Of a DNA stretch of 64,000 nt, positions 8,859-18,924 are shown piece after piece. The notes beneath the pieces were generated by a model that saw only the letters and a list, made by a program, of their open reading frames with translations, did no database searches and was not told the origin of the DNA. Position numbers and translations under genes: made by a program. Every line of letters starts with the position of its first letter. Position 1 is the first letter of the stretch. The DNA lies in the IMG/VR virus record IMGVR_UViG_3300001528_000699, positions 1 through 64,000 of that record, one strand, 5' to 3'. The DNA is from a virus (lineage: Duplodnaviria; Caudoviricetes).

Positions 8859-11409
8859 AAACATAAGAAAAAAGATCCGGCAAGAGCTCGTTGGCGGTTC
8901 ACTTCCAGACCTTGATACTGACTTCGAGATGGCCAGAAGGGGTGAGGTGAAGGAATACATGGAAAGAAGGTACGGCAAGGATCAAGTTTGCTCGGTGGGT
9001 ACTTACACTACCTTGCAAGTGAAAGCCGCTATAAAAGACCTGTGCAGGTTGGAAGGGGTTCCCATATCGGAAGTGAACATGTTCACCGCTAAAATAGACG
9101 GGGTGAAAGATTTTGACGATCTATTCCGGATGGCCTGTCAGAAAAAAGATGTCGCGTATTTTATCAATAAATATCCGGGAATAATTCAAGCGGTTGGTTT
9201 GATTCAGGGTCAGCCTAAAGCGAAGTCAATTCACGCGTGCGCCATGATGGTGTACCCGGATGATCATGACATGTTCCATTGGAACCCGGTGAGAAGGCAA
9301 GGGGATATGATGGTGAGCGAGTGGGAAGGGGGTGAGCTGGATGGAGCCGGATTCTTGAAAGAGGATATTTTGGGTATTCTTCAACTCAGTAAATTCGGAG
9401 ATATATTGAAATTGGTGAAAGAACATACAGGGAAAGATGTCGATATATACACATTACCTCTTGATGATAAGAAGGTGTATTCCTATTTTCAGAAAGGTTG
9501 GACAGGTGACGTGTTTCACTTTGGAGCTAAAGGGTTAACTGGTTATTGCAAGATGCTTAAACCGGATAATATAACAGAATTGGTGAACTGTATTGGGTTG
9601 TACCGACCCGGAGTCATGGAAGGTAATTTTCACAATGAATACATATTGAGAAAGAACGGGGAAAGAGAGGTATCTTTTCGGAAGGGATCGGATGAGATAT
9701 TGCAGGACACGCGCTACATCATGATTTGGCAGGAACAGACCATGAAGATGTTTCAGAAGCTGGGTGGGTTTAATTTGGTGGAGGCTGATGATGCGAGACG
9801 TGCATTGGGAAAGAAAAAGGTTGAAAAATTGCTACCTTTTAAAGAACGATTCTTGAAGCATTACATGTCTAATTTTGGTGTTGATCAGAAATATGCCGAC
9901 GATACATGGAAAGAGATTGAGAATATGGCTGCCTATCAGTTTAATCACTGTATTAGCGGTCGTGAACGAATTATGAAGAGCACCCGTAATAAAAAGATAT
10001 TTAATCCAACCATCGCTGAAATGTATGCCATCAAGAATGATAGATCGTACGCGATTAAACATGGTCGATTATGTTTGCATGATTGGTATATCAAAAACGG
10101 GTACGGAAAGGCGTGGTCGTTGAATGAAAACGGAGAGGTGATCCTTAATAATATCGTTGATATTAGATGGGCGGGGTTCAGAAGAACTTACAAAGTTGAA
10201 ACGGAAACAGGGCTAACGGTATCGGTAACGGATAATCATAAAATTCCCACTAAGCGAGGCGAATTTCAATTAAAGGATATTGTTGTTGGCGACGAAATTT
10301 TTATACGCGAGGAGAAACCTATCGGCAATGAAGAAAAGTATCCTGTTAGATTCGAAAAGATAGTTAGTATTGAATTTGATCGCGAGGAAAATGTTTACGA
10401 TGTTGAAATGGCGCATCCGTATCACACGGTAACGATGAATAACAGGATAGTTGTTTGCAATTCTCACGCCGTTGCTTACGCGAATACTGGTTACGCTTGC
10501 GAATGGTTGAAGGTGAATTATCCTCTCGAATATTGGTCGGTTGCTTTCTCCTACGCTGATGATGATGATTATCCTGTTTATTTGCATGAAATAAACGAGA
10601 TAGGTAATATCAAGGTTCTACCTCCTGATATTAATGAATCAACCGATAAGATCAAGACTGATTTTAACGACAATAGCCTGGTTTGGTCAATATCTTCCGT
10701 GAAACAGGTAGGTGAGAAAGCACAAGTTGAGATCATGGAGGAGAGATCGAAGAACGGCCCTTATTTCAGTTTCGAGGAGTTCCTGGATCGTCATTCACAG
10801 AAAGGAAGTGCCGTTAACAAGAGCGTTATCGAGAATCTTGTTTCGTGCGGGGCGTTTGATAAACTTGAATCCATATCGATTCCTGTTGATAGGTTACGTT
10901 TGATTGACCGGTACAGGGAATTGAACAAGGTGAAAATTGACAAGGAGAAAGATCCGTTTGAATCGAACCCGGATAAACGGAAATACGCGTGGTGGTATAG
11001 TTTAAGGCAGAAAAGATTGTGCGGGTTGGCGTTCTTCGATTATCCCAAGTTATACACGGATCATTTCAAGGAAATCCTCGATAGACCTGATTATCCGTTT
11101 AAAGATTTCTCGGAGATAATCGATGATCCTCTTGACAGTAAGAGTTTGAATCTAACTGTTGGTGGTTATGTTTATGATATCGATGTGAAAAGTGGCAAGA
11201 AAGGGGAGTACGCGATTGTCACGTTGGAACAGAACTATCAATTTAGAACCGTCGTTTTCTGGGCGAATGAGTACGAAAGTTTCGAGAACGTGTTGAAAAC
11301 GTGCAAGAACTCGATACTTTTCATGAATGGAAGAACGAACTGGGATGGAAGGAACCAACAAACAGCGATTTACGCTAACGAGAGCACGGAAGTTTTAGTG
11401 TTAACTTAG
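8845..11409 (+). CDS. dnaE: DNA polymerase III alpha, C-terminal piece (catalytic Asp, fingers, OB) with mini-intein
   Basis: LPDLDTDF, SIHACA, KEDILG, LYRPG, IWQEQ, FN|SHAVAY, LPPDINES, OB fold. Confidence 0.9.
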   Translation: MIIIKNIRKKIRQELVGGSLPDLDTDFEMARRGEVKEYMERRYGKDQVCSVGTYTTLQVKAAIKDLCRLEGVPISEVNMFTAKIDGVKDFDDLFRMACQKKDVAYFINKYPGIIQAVGLIQGQPKAKSIHACAMMVYPDDHDMFHWNPVRRQGDMMVSEWEGGELDGAGFLKEDILGILQLSKFGDILKLVKEHTGKDVDIYTLPLDDKKVYSYFQKGWTGDVFHFGAKGLTGYCKMLKPDNITELVNCIGLYRPGVMEGNFHNEYILRKNGEREVSFRKGSDEILQDTRYIMIWQEQTMKMFQKLGGFNLVEADDARRALGKKKVEKLLPFKERFLKHYMSNFGVDQKYADDTWKEIENMAAYQFNHCISGRERIMKSTRNKKIFNPTIAEMYAIKNDRSYAIKHGRLCLHDWYIKNGYGKAWSLNENGEVILNNIVDIRWAGFRRTYKVETETGLTVSVTDNHKIPTKRGEFQLKDIVVGDEIFIREEKPIGNEEKYPVRFEKIVSIEFDREENVYDVEMAHPYHTVTMNNRIVVCNSHAVAYANTGYACEWLKVNYPLEYWSVAFSYADDDDYPVYLHEINEIGNIKVLPPDINESTDKIKTDFNDNSLVWSISSVKQVGEKAQVEIMEERSKNGPYFSFEEFLDRHSQKGSAVNKSVIENLVSCGAFDKLESISIPVDRLRLIDRYRELNKVKIDKEKDPFESNPDKRKYAWWYSLRQKRLCGLAFFDYPKLYTDHFKEILDRPDYPFKDFSEIIDDPLDSKSLNLTVGGYVYDIDVKSGKKGEYAIVTLEQNYQFRTVVFWANEYESFENVLKTCKNSILFMNGRTNWDGRNQQTAIYANESTEVLVLT
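9949..10461 (+). mobile_element. Mini-intein (171 aa, no endonuclease) in dnaE
   Basis: FNH|CISG...TDNH...VYDVEM...VVCN|SHAVAY; removing it restores the FNxSH motif. Confidence 0.9.
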
Positions 11410-11429
11410 TCGAAATTCGTTGGTTTTAA

Positions 11430-11460
11430 GATAAACTTTATGTATTTTTAGAGTGTGAAA
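11430..11460 (+). promoter_or_regulatory. Phage promoter (TAAAC-N4-TG-TATTTTTA)
   Basis: Variant of the repeated motif, upstream of the recombination operon. Confidence 0.6.
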
Positions 11461-11476
11461 TGTAAAATTTGAACGG

Positions 11477-12007
11477 ATGAATACTGTTATTCATATAGGA
11501 GATAAACCGGTTGTTCTTATATCAGGAGATTCGGAAGAGGAAATTGACATCGATGCTTTATGTAGGATAGATCATTCAAATCTTTACGGGGAGATAGTGA
11601 CCGTGTCAGCTCTCCTAAACAAGGTTGGAATCTGGAAATCGGAAGCGGAAGCGTTGTATAATAAGAGTAAACTGAAGTGTGATATATACGAGGCTAATTT
11701 TAGGAAGGAGATAAGGATTGAAGCTAACAAGAATTTAGGTAAGTTTAGGATAGGAGATGATTTAATCAAGCTAACGGAGAAATCGGTTGATGAGGTTATT
11801 TATTGTGATGAGGAGTTTCAGAGATTGAAGAATGATATGATTGAAAATCAGAGAATGCTGAATATATTAGATTCATGGTTCTGGGCGATTAACGATAAGA
11901 GTAAGAAATTAAGTTCGATAGTTAAACCGGTATCACCGGATGAGTTTTTAAATGAGTTGGTCGAAGCGAAAGTGAATACATTTTTAATTAAGAAAGGAAT
12001 TAAGTAA
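11477..12007 (+). CDS. Hypothetical protein, possible UvsY-like recombination mediator
   Basis: Helical protein upstream of SSB and RecA; weak resemblance only. Confidence 0.4.
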   Translation: MNTVIHIGDKPVVLISGDSEEEIDIDALCRIDHSNLYGEIVTVSALLNKVGIWKSEAEALYNKSKLKCDIYEANFRKEIRIEANKNLGKFRIGDDLIKLTEKSVDEVIYCDEEFQRLKNDMIENQRMLNILDSWFWAINDKSKKLSSIVKPVSPDEFLNELVEAKVNTFLIKKGIK

Positions 12008-12008
12008 C

Positions 12009-12269
12009 ATGGAATCGTTTGTGTTTAAAAACATGGAGATTAAGCCGTGCGCCTATTCTCCGGGTAGGTATGATGTTTTCGAAAGCCGTGAAGCGGAAAG
12101 TGGTAAGATTTATTCGAAGGATATCGCGTACGGGGTGACGTTGGAAAGGGCCGTAACATTAATGGTTGAAAATATTGGGTTTGAAGAAGCGAAAGATTTA
12201 ACGGAATTTTTGGGGAAATATTCTTTATTGAAAGATGAGTTGTTAAATAAATTATCGAAAATTAAGTGA
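12009..12269 (+). CDS. Hypothetical protein
   Basis: ORF tightly packed in operon. Confidence 0.6.
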   Translation: MESFVFKNMEIKPCAYSPGRYDVFESREAESGKIYSKDIAYGVTLERAVTLMVENIGFEEAKDLTEFLGKYSLLKDELLNKLSKIK

Positions 12270-12298
12270 ATCAGTTAACAGTTTAAATTTTTAGAATT

Positions 12299-13582
12299 AT
12301 GGCATTTGACAGAAGTAAATTTAAAGCATCAAGTTTTGAGTCAATTCAGAAAGAAGAACAGAAACAGAAAGAAACAAACAAAACATTTTATCAAACTGAA
12401 GGTCGCCGTGCTCCGTTTTATCAGATCAGCGACGGGCGAAATTGGTTACGCGTTTTACCGTCAACGAACGAGGAGACTGCCGCTTACGTGGCGATGCGTA
12501 CTGCCCAGCTTCAGGTCATGGATGATGAGTGGGAAAACGGGGAGAAGACTGGGAGAAAGGTGCTGAAGGGCAAGAAAATTTTCATCGCGACAACCCATTG
12601 CAAGGCGGTGAAGGAAGCGGGTTTACAGGACCCCATTGAATTTTACATCCAGAAAGCGTTTGAGAAAGCGGAAGATTTCCAAGATGAGAATGATAAAAAG
12701 AAATTCTTATTTCCGATTCAAGGTGGTGGTTCAGGAAAAAATTGGAGACCGGGTTGCATACCTCAATCCACCTGGGTTTGTTACGTTCAAGATCAGAAAA
12801 GAGATCTGTATCGATTGGAGTTGAGAACAAATTGGTTTAACCAACTTCACAAGAAATCCGTCGAGCTAGCGGAAGAATCGAATAAGGTGTCGCTCGATAT
12901 GTTCTCATCACCGGATGATGGATTTCCTCTAATTATCGTGAAAGGGGTGAAAACTCAGAACGGAAAAGAAAGAGTGTATTATGATATTGAGGCGGGAAAA
13001 CCCACCATCGGTCAATCATGGGATGATTTCTTCGGTAAATGCAAGATCACAGATGCTGAATTGGAGAGGTTGATGAATCAACCTTCGCTGAAGGATTTGT
13101 ACGTGGATAGTTATACAACGCGTGATCTTAAATTAGCGTTAGAGGGGCTGAAGAACTTAGAGTCACAACACCCGGAATACGATATTTTGAGTGATCCCGA
13201 TTTCGAGGATTTAGTTAAGAAACTGTACGAGGTTGTACCTGAACCGAAAGAAGTGGCTGAAGATGCCGTCGAGCAAGCGTTCAAAAGAGAGGAATCTAAC
13301 GAGATCACACCTTTAAAAATGAAGAAATTTTTGAGAGAGTATATCGCTGAGAATTACTCCGAGGAAGGATACACGTTACCTGATCTTACGAAGGATGATC
13401 TGTCAAGATGGTATAAATTGGCAATGGAAGGCGAGGAGCTGCCGTTTGATGAGATAGATGGGAGTGAACCTGAAGAACAAGGACAGCAGGAAGAGAAACC
13501 GGCTGCTGATGACGGTGTGAAGGCTCATGATCCGGCTTCCGTGAAAGCGTCTTTGAGAAACATCCTTAACCGTAAAAAATAA
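12299..13582 (+). CDS. Single-stranded DNA-binding protein (T4 gp32-like)
   Basis: GRNWLRVLP, DMFSSPDDGFPLII, acidic C-tail; replication context. Confidence 0.6.
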   Translation: MAFDRSKFKASSFESIQKEEQKQKETNKTFYQTEGRRAPFYQISDGRNWLRVLPSTNEETAAYVAMRTAQLQVMDDEWENGEKTGRKVLKGKKIFIATTHCKAVKEAGLQDPIEFYIQKAFEKAEDFQDENDKKKFLFPIQGGGSGKNWRPGCIPQSTWVCYVQDQKRDLYRLELRTNWFNQLHKKSVELAEESNKVSLDMFSSPDDGFPLIIVKGVKTQNGKERVYYDIEAGKPTIGQSWDDFFGKCKITDAELERLMNQPSLKDLYVDSYTTRDLKLALEGLKNLESQHPEYDILSDPDFEDLVKKLYEVVPEPKEVAEDAVEQAFKREESNEITPLKMKKFLREYIAENYSEEGYTLPDLTKDDLSRWYKLAMEGEELPFDEIDGSEPEEQGQQEEKPAADDGVKAHDPASVKASLRNILNRKK

Positions 13583-13606
13583 GAAAGGGGTAAAACCCTT
13601 TCTTTT
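13581..13606 (+). terminator. Intrinsic terminator
   Basis: AAGAAAGGG/CCCTTTCTT stem plus Ts. Confidence 0.65.
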
Positions 13607-13620
13607 AAATATTATTGGTT

Positions 13621-14676
13621 ATGGAAGAAAGAAAAGTTGTAGCGGTAATATCAACCGACTGGCACCTTCAGCAATCGAACACCTCCATTATCAAGAATCT
13701 TTTAGAACAGCAGATTGACCTCGCGAAGGGGTTCGATTGCACGACGCTTCTATGTTTGGGCGATGTGTTTGATAGTAGAGTGTCTCAAAGAGAGGAAGTG
13801 CTGAACGCTTTCACTGATATTCTAGACATGATTCACGCCAATGGAATGCTACTTGGTTGCATTCCCGGAAATCATGATAAAACGGATTATAAGAGTGATC
13901 GAAGTTTCCTCGATCCTTTTTACCATCATCCGGCGCTAGTGTTGCATAGGATAGAAGGATTGGTAAGCATTCAAGGCCTTCCCGTAGCGTTCATACCCTT
14001 TTATGACACGGATATTTGGTTGGAGAGGTATGAATTAATCAAACAAGATGTTGTTGATAAGAATTTCAAAGAAGGAACCCCTATCGTCTTAATGAGTCAT
14101 GTAGCGTTGAACGGTAGCGTCAATAACGATGGTTCGAAGGTGGTAAGTTCGATAACCCCTAAAACGTTATCCGAAACATTCACGCATGTTTATCTCGGTC
14201 ATTATCATAACACGCAAGAGGTGGCGCCGGGAATCGTTCACCTATCATCTATTCGCCAGAACAATTTCGGTGAAGATAATGTGAAGGGGTTCTGGGTTCT
14301 ATACAGCGATGGAGAGGTTGAGTTCAGGAAATCAAGATTCACGGAATACAAGGTGGTGAAGGTTGATCTCGATAAAACATCGAAAGCGGATCTCGTCAAG
14401 CTGGCGAGCGAGATCGATGCTTCTGATTCGAAGGTGAAAATTGAATTTTCCGGTTCTGAATCCAAGTTAAGATCATTACAAGAGGATATGTTCGTGGAAA
14501 AGGGCGTGATCGTGAAAAAGAAAAGAAAGGATCTTGATGTTATTGACCCGGAAATTGAAAGCACCCCCTCTACCTTGACCGGTAGTGATATGAAAGCGAT
14601 GTTTGAGAAGTTTTGCGAGGAAAAGGGGTATGACAAGGAAAAGGGGTATAAATTCTTGAAAAAATACGTGGAATAA
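13621..14676 (+). CDS. SbcD/Mre11-like nuclease (gp47-like)
   Basis: TDWHL, LGDVFD, PGNHD and GHYH metallophosphoesterase motifs. Confidence 0.9.
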   Translation: MEERKVVAVISTDWHLQQSNTSIIKNLLEQQIDLAKGFDCTTLLCLGDVFDSRVSQREEVLNAFTDILDMIHANGMLLGCIPGNHDKTDYKSDRSFLDPFYHHPALVLHRIEGLVSIQGLPVAFIPFYDTDIWLERYELIKQDVVDKNFKEGTPIVLMSHVALNGSVNNDGSKVVSSITPKTLSETFTHVYLGHYHNTQEVAPGIVHLSSIRQNNFGEDNVKGFWVLYSDGEVEFRKSRFTEYKVVKVDLDKTSKADLVKLASEIDASDSKVKIEFSGSESKLRSLQEDMFVEKGVIVKKKRKDLDVIDPEIESTPSTLTGSDMKAMFEKFCEEKGYDKEKGYKFLKKYVE

Positions 14677-15623
14677 TGGATTTGAAAAGTATGATCGCCG
14701 GAATCGAGAAAGAGTTCGGCAAAGAAGCTATATGTGGGAATTACATAGACGTGGAGAGGGTTCCATCCGGGTCTCTCGTTTTGGATGAGGCGTTAGGTGG
14801 TGGTTATGGTCTTGGTAGGCTGGTTGAATTGTTCGGGCACGAATCGAGTGGCAAAAGCACGCTCGCCATTCATGCTTGTAAATCTATACAAGATACGGGT
14901 CGTTCTGCCGGTTATATAGATACCGAACAAGCGATGGACCCGGATTACATGAGAGCATTGGGAGTAGATTTAAGTCCTGAAAAATTCGTGCTGAGTCAGG
15001 CGGATTCTGCCGAGATGGCTTTAACCATCATGAGAAGGATGTTGGATTGCCCCGATATCGGTATAATAGTTCTTGACTCGATAGCGGCTCTCGTGCCGAA
15101 AGCTAGAATTGATGGTGAGGTGGGTGATGCCGTTATAGCGTTAGTGGCACGGTTGATGAGTGCCGAGTTACCGCTAATCGCCCAGAAAGCGAAGAAGAAC
15201 AAGACGCTAGTTATGTTCATCAACCAGTATCGGAGTAATATAGGATTCATGGGGTCCGCCAATACCACGCCCGGTGGTAACGCGATGAAATTTTACGCTT
15301 CCCAGAGAGTTGAAGTTTGCAGGGTTGGTAATAAGAAAGAAGGGGACGATGTGACTGCTATCCGAAGTAAGGTAACCGTGAAGAAGAATAAGATCGCACC
15401 TCCTTTCAAGCAAGCGGAAATCTCTATCGCTTTCGGGAAGGGTATCGATACCATGCAGGAAATACTCGATTTCGCGGTTGGTCAAGGTATTATCAAGAAG
15501 TCAGGTAGTTGGTTTTCTTATGAAGGTGCCAATCTGGGGCAAGGTGAGGCGAATATCAAAACCATCTTGTCGGATAACCCGGAGCTATTGGAAGAAATAC
15601 GTGGTAAAATAAAGATTGGATGA
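14676..15623 (+). CDS. recA: RecA recombinase
   Basis: GHESSGKST, IDTEQA, LDSIAAL, FINQ, TTPGGNAMKFYAS, KNKIAPPF. Confidence 0.97.
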   Translation: MDLKSMIAGIEKEFGKEAICGNYIDVERVPSGSLVLDEALGGGYGLGRLVELFGHESSGKSTLAIHACKSIQDTGRSAGYIDTEQAMDPDYMRALGVDLSPEKFVLSQADSAEMALTIMRRMLDCPDIGIIVLDSIAALVPKARIDGEVGDAVIALVARLMSAELPLIAQKAKKNKTLVMFINQYRSNIGFMGSANTTPGGNAMKFYASQRVEVCRVGNKKEGDDVTAIRSKVTVKKNKIAPPFKQAEISIAFGKGIDTMQEILDFAVGQGIIKKSGSWFSYEGANLGQGEANIKTILSDNPELLEEIRGKIKIG

Positions 15624-15624
15624 C

Positions 15625-17622
15625 ATGGTACCTGTAAGATTAAGATTAGTGAATTTTCTCTCGTTCAAGGAACTTGAATACGATTTCGAGAACGGACCTG
15701 TTTTATTGATGGGTGAGAATAGATCGGATGAAGGGCAAGAAAGTAACGGTAGCGGGAAAACGGCTATTCAATCCGCTATCGAGAAGTGCTGGTTAGATTA
15801 CACCTCGAGAAAGGGCGTTCGCGATGTTGATTTGATAAGGAGGGGTCAAGATGAGGCGGTTATCGAATCTTGGATTTATTGCCAGGTAAGAGACGAGATG
15901 TTTCACATCAAAAGAACGTTGACCAGGAAGGGCAATAAACTCGAATTGTACGTTAACGATGAACCGGTTTCATTCGCGACCGTGAATGATGGTAATAACT
16001 ATATAATTGATTGGTTCGGGATAAACAAGGAGGATTTGAGTAATTATTACGTGGTGAACAAGGAACGATTCACTTCCTTCTTCACTTCCTCTAATTCTCA
16101 GAAACTTCAATTGATAGCGAGGTTCAGTAACGCTTCTTTTTTGGATAACATCGACTCGGATATAAAGGTAGAGGTATCAATCAAGGAAGTTGACAGGGAA
16201 AGATTGGTTCGCGAGAAGGCTTTCGTTCAAGGTAGGATTGAAACACTGAAAGAGAGTTTGGAGGGTTGTTCGATGGATAAGTACGAGAGAATGAAAGAAG
16301 AAATGATTTCATCGTATAGGAACCGAATAATGGAAAAAGAATCCGAGATAGCTTCGAACGAGGAGAGAATCGATACTTTGATTCTTGAAATGGGTGGCAT
16401 CGAGCGAGGTCTAGTCATGGTTAATGATAAGCTGAAAGAACAATCCGCCCTTCTATCAAACAAGGTCAAGGACGGGGACAGGATATCGAAGGAGATCGAT
16501 TCCATTAATAAAGCGTTGAAAGAAGTTAATGATGGCGAGAAACAAGTTCGAGATGATATCAAGGAATCCGTGAGCACGAGGGCGGAAATAGAGGTGGCGT
16601 TGGTCGATATCGAAGCCGTTTTATCCGGTATTATAACGTGTCCTAAATGTGGTCACCGGTTTCTTTTTGACGAGGATGCTGACATAAAGGTGGAGGAGGA
16701 AAAGAGGGTTGATTTAATCAAGTTAAACGAGGAAATAAATAGCTCTATCGTTCTTTTAAACGATGATTTATGCAGGGTTGAAGAACAATCTGAACGCTTG
16801 AGAGGTGATTTAAGATCGAAGAGGGAGGAAGAATCTCGTTTTACTAGTGAATTATCGGTTTTAAGGAAGAATCTGGCGAAAATTGAAGAAGATATCGAGA
16901 GAGATAAATTAAAGCTAGAAACTTATAAAAAACAGGTTAAATCGCTGGAATGGGATGTTGAGAGTGCAAAGGCAGAAGTGAAAGAACTAGGTTTGAAGGT
17001 AGATGAGGCGAGCAAGGAAGATATCGGAAGTGTTTTCATGGAGGAGATAAAGGGGATCGAATCTGACTTGGGGAAAGAAAATAACAATATAAAAGAACTC
17101 GATAAAAAAATCGAAGTCGTTGACGGTGAACTTCAGAGCGCGAGAGAGTGGTTGGTACAGTACAAGGAGTTCAGGATGTATCTCGCTAACATTAGCGTGA
17201 AGGAAATACAGAGAAACTGTAACGAGACGCTTAGAGATATGGGCTCCGACTTGTCAGTTATCATAGATGGATTTAAAAGGAAAGCAGATGGAAGCGTGAA
17301 AGAGGAAATAACACCTACTATTTTGAGGGATGAGGCGTTACCTTTTAATTCTTTCTCGGGTGGTGAGAGGGGTCGATTGGAATACGCCATGATACTCGCT
17401 CAGCAAAGAATGATAAATCAATCTAACGAGCACGGAGGTTTGAATTTCCTTTTCACGGATGAGATAGCAGAGGGGATTGACGCGTTAGGGTTGAGATCTC
17501 TCGTTAAATCGTTGGATAGATTTAATTACCCGATACTTGTGACAACGCACGTGGTGAATCAATCGGTTGGAACGAAGGTTCTGAAAGTGATCAAGGAAAA
17601 TAATATTAGTAGAATAGAGTAA
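15625..17622 (+). CDS. SbcC/Rad50-like ATPase (gp46-like)
   Basis: SNGSGKT, coiled coils, CPKC zinc hook, FSGGE, FTDE, TTH. Confidence 0.92.
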   Translation: MVPVRLRLVNFLSFKELEYDFENGPVLLMGENRSDEGQESNGSGKTAIQSAIEKCWLDYTSRKGVRDVDLIRRGQDEAVIESWIYCQVRDEMFHIKRTLTRKGNKLELYVNDEPVSFATVNDGNNYIIDWFGINKEDLSNYYVVNKERFTSFFTSSNSQKLQLIARFSNASFLDNIDSDIKVEVSIKEVDRERLVREKAFVQGRIETLKESLEGCSMDKYERMKEEMISSYRNRIMEKESEIASNEERIDTLILEMGGIERGLVMVNDKLKEQSALLSNKVKDGDRISKEIDSINKALKEVNDGEKQVRDDIKESVSTRAEIEVALVDIEAVLSGIITCPKCGHRFLFDEDADIKVEEEKRVDLIKLNEEINSSIVLLNDDLCRVEEQSERLRGDLRSKREEESRFTSELSVLRKNLAKIEEDIERDKLKLETYKKQVKSLEWDVESAKAEVKELGLKVDEASKEDIGSVFMEEIKGIESDLGKENNNIKELDKKIEVVDGELQSAREWLVQYKEFRMYLANISVKEIQRNCNETLRDMGSDLSVIIDGFKRKADGSVKEEITPTILRDEALPFNSFSGGERGRLEYAMILAQQRMINQSNEHGGLNFLFTDEIAEGIDALGLRSLVKSLDRFNYPILVTTHVVNQSVGTKVLKVIKENNISRIE

Positions 17623-17623
17623 T

Positions 17624-18157
17624 ATGGAAGAGAAAATTTATATAGGAATAGATCCCGGAAAATTAGGATTCTTGTGCATACTGGCACCTAACGAGGAACC
17701 GGAGTTTATCGCGTTACAGGCAGATCCGAAAAAAGATTTCAACATCTGGTATGTTAGAGGGGTTATGGAGGGTGTGTTTACCCGGTTTCAGGGAAAGAAC
17801 GTCGTGGTTGGGATAGAGGATGTTCATGCTTTATTCGGGGCTTCTGCCGGTTCGACCTTTAATTTCGGTTATATAACCGGGGTTTTGAATGGGTTGGTTG
17901 CGGCGAAAGGGGTAACGCTCGTGAACCCTAAACCGAAAGAATGGCAGAAAGTGATGTGGGAAGGCGTCGGCGTTATGAAGAAGAAATCGTCATCCGGTAA
18001 AACGGAGGTAACCGACACGAAGGCGACATCTATCAAGGCTTGCCAGAAATTGTTTCCAAACGTGGATCTGAGAAGGACTGAAAGGTCGATCAAGTTGGAT
18101 GATAATAAATGCGATAGTTTGCTCATAGCATCCTATCTGAAACGTAAAAATTTTTAG
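17624..18157 (+). CDS. RuvC-like Holliday junction resolvase
   Basis: IGIDPG, IEDV, FNFG, PKEWQK, DSLLIA. Confidence 0.85.
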   Translation: MEEKIYIGIDPGKLGFLCILAPNEEPEFIALQADPKKDFNIWYVRGVMEGVFTRFQGKNVVVGIEDVHALFGASAGSTFNFGYITGVLNGLVAAKGVTLVNPKPKEWQKVMWEGVGVMKKKSSSGKTEVTDTKATSIKACQKLFPNVDLRRTERSIKLDDNKCDSLLIASYLKRKNF

Positions 18158-18162
18158 GTTGT

Positions 18163-18483
18163 ATGGCGACGAAATTTTATTGCAGGAATGAACGATGCGA
18201 GAAATTCAATCATGAATTTCATTTCAAGGAGATAACCTATGTTATGAGGGAAGGGCATCTCGTTCCGAGAGAGAAGTTAGTTTGTGATAAATGCGGGGAG
18301 GAACTGGAAATGGTGAAAGTGAAAAACGAGGGCGGTGTTGGCTTCAATCTCGGCAGGTTCGATTCTCTTTCCAACGATGAAAAAAAGAAATGGATCATGA
18401 AGCGCAACGAAAAAGTTCGGAAACAGGATGCCGAGATGAAACGCTTCTACGAGAAAAAGATTATAGGAACTAATTTGGATTGA
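18163..18483 (+). CDS. Zinc-ribbon protein
   Basis: CRNERC and CDKCG. Confidence 0.6.
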   Translation: MATKFYCRNERCEKFNHEFHFKEITYVMREGHLVPREKLVCDKCGEELEMVKVKNEGGVGFNLGRFDSLSNDEKKKWIMKRNEKVRKQDAEMKRFYEKKIIGTNLD

Positions 18484-18484
18484 T

Positions 18485-18790
18485 ATGGGAGAGTTATTGA
18501 AAAACGATATCTGGGAGATCTGCCTTGGAATCGTGAAACATCAAAAGGTGCAGATCATGGTTCTTCGAAATTTCGGGGGATTAAGTTTCTGGTTGGTTGA
18601 TTCTTTTTCTTCCAAGGGAATAGGTCAGAGTTATAATGAAATAACGGGTAGGGACGTGACCAAGTATTTATCCAACCAAGCGTTCTATTCGCCATCAGGT
18701 AAGTCATTACTTGAACAGGCTCAGGGAACACGAACGGTAACTATGAAGTTCGGACACGATGATTATATCTGGGTTCTGAATGTTGAGTGA
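18485..18790 (+). CDS. Hypothetical protein
   Basis: ORF in operon, followed by a terminator. Confidence 0.6.
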   Translation: MGELLKNDIWEICLGIVKHQKVQIMVLRNFGGLSFWLVDSFSSKGIGQSYNEITGRDVTKYLSNQAFYSPSGKSLLEQAQGTRTVTMKFGHDDYIWVLNVE

Positions 18791-18796
18791 TCTGGG

Positions 18797-18823
18797 AGAG
18801 GGCGAGGGCCCTCTTTTTATTTT
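18797..18823 (+). terminator. Intrinsic terminator
   Basis: AGAGGGC/GCCCTCT plus T run. Confidence 0.7.
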
Positions 18824-18924
18824 CAGATTTTTAAGAAAACTTTTTCATGATTTCTGTTGTACATTGATAAACTTTGTATATCTTTACAGTGTTGAAAATG
18901 ATGTATAACTAAAAATAAGAGAAG
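18824..18924 (+). repeat. Promoter cassette repeat, copy 1 (~100 bp)
   Basis: Similar over ~100 bp to 27591-27700 and 34441-34549. Confidence 0.85.
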
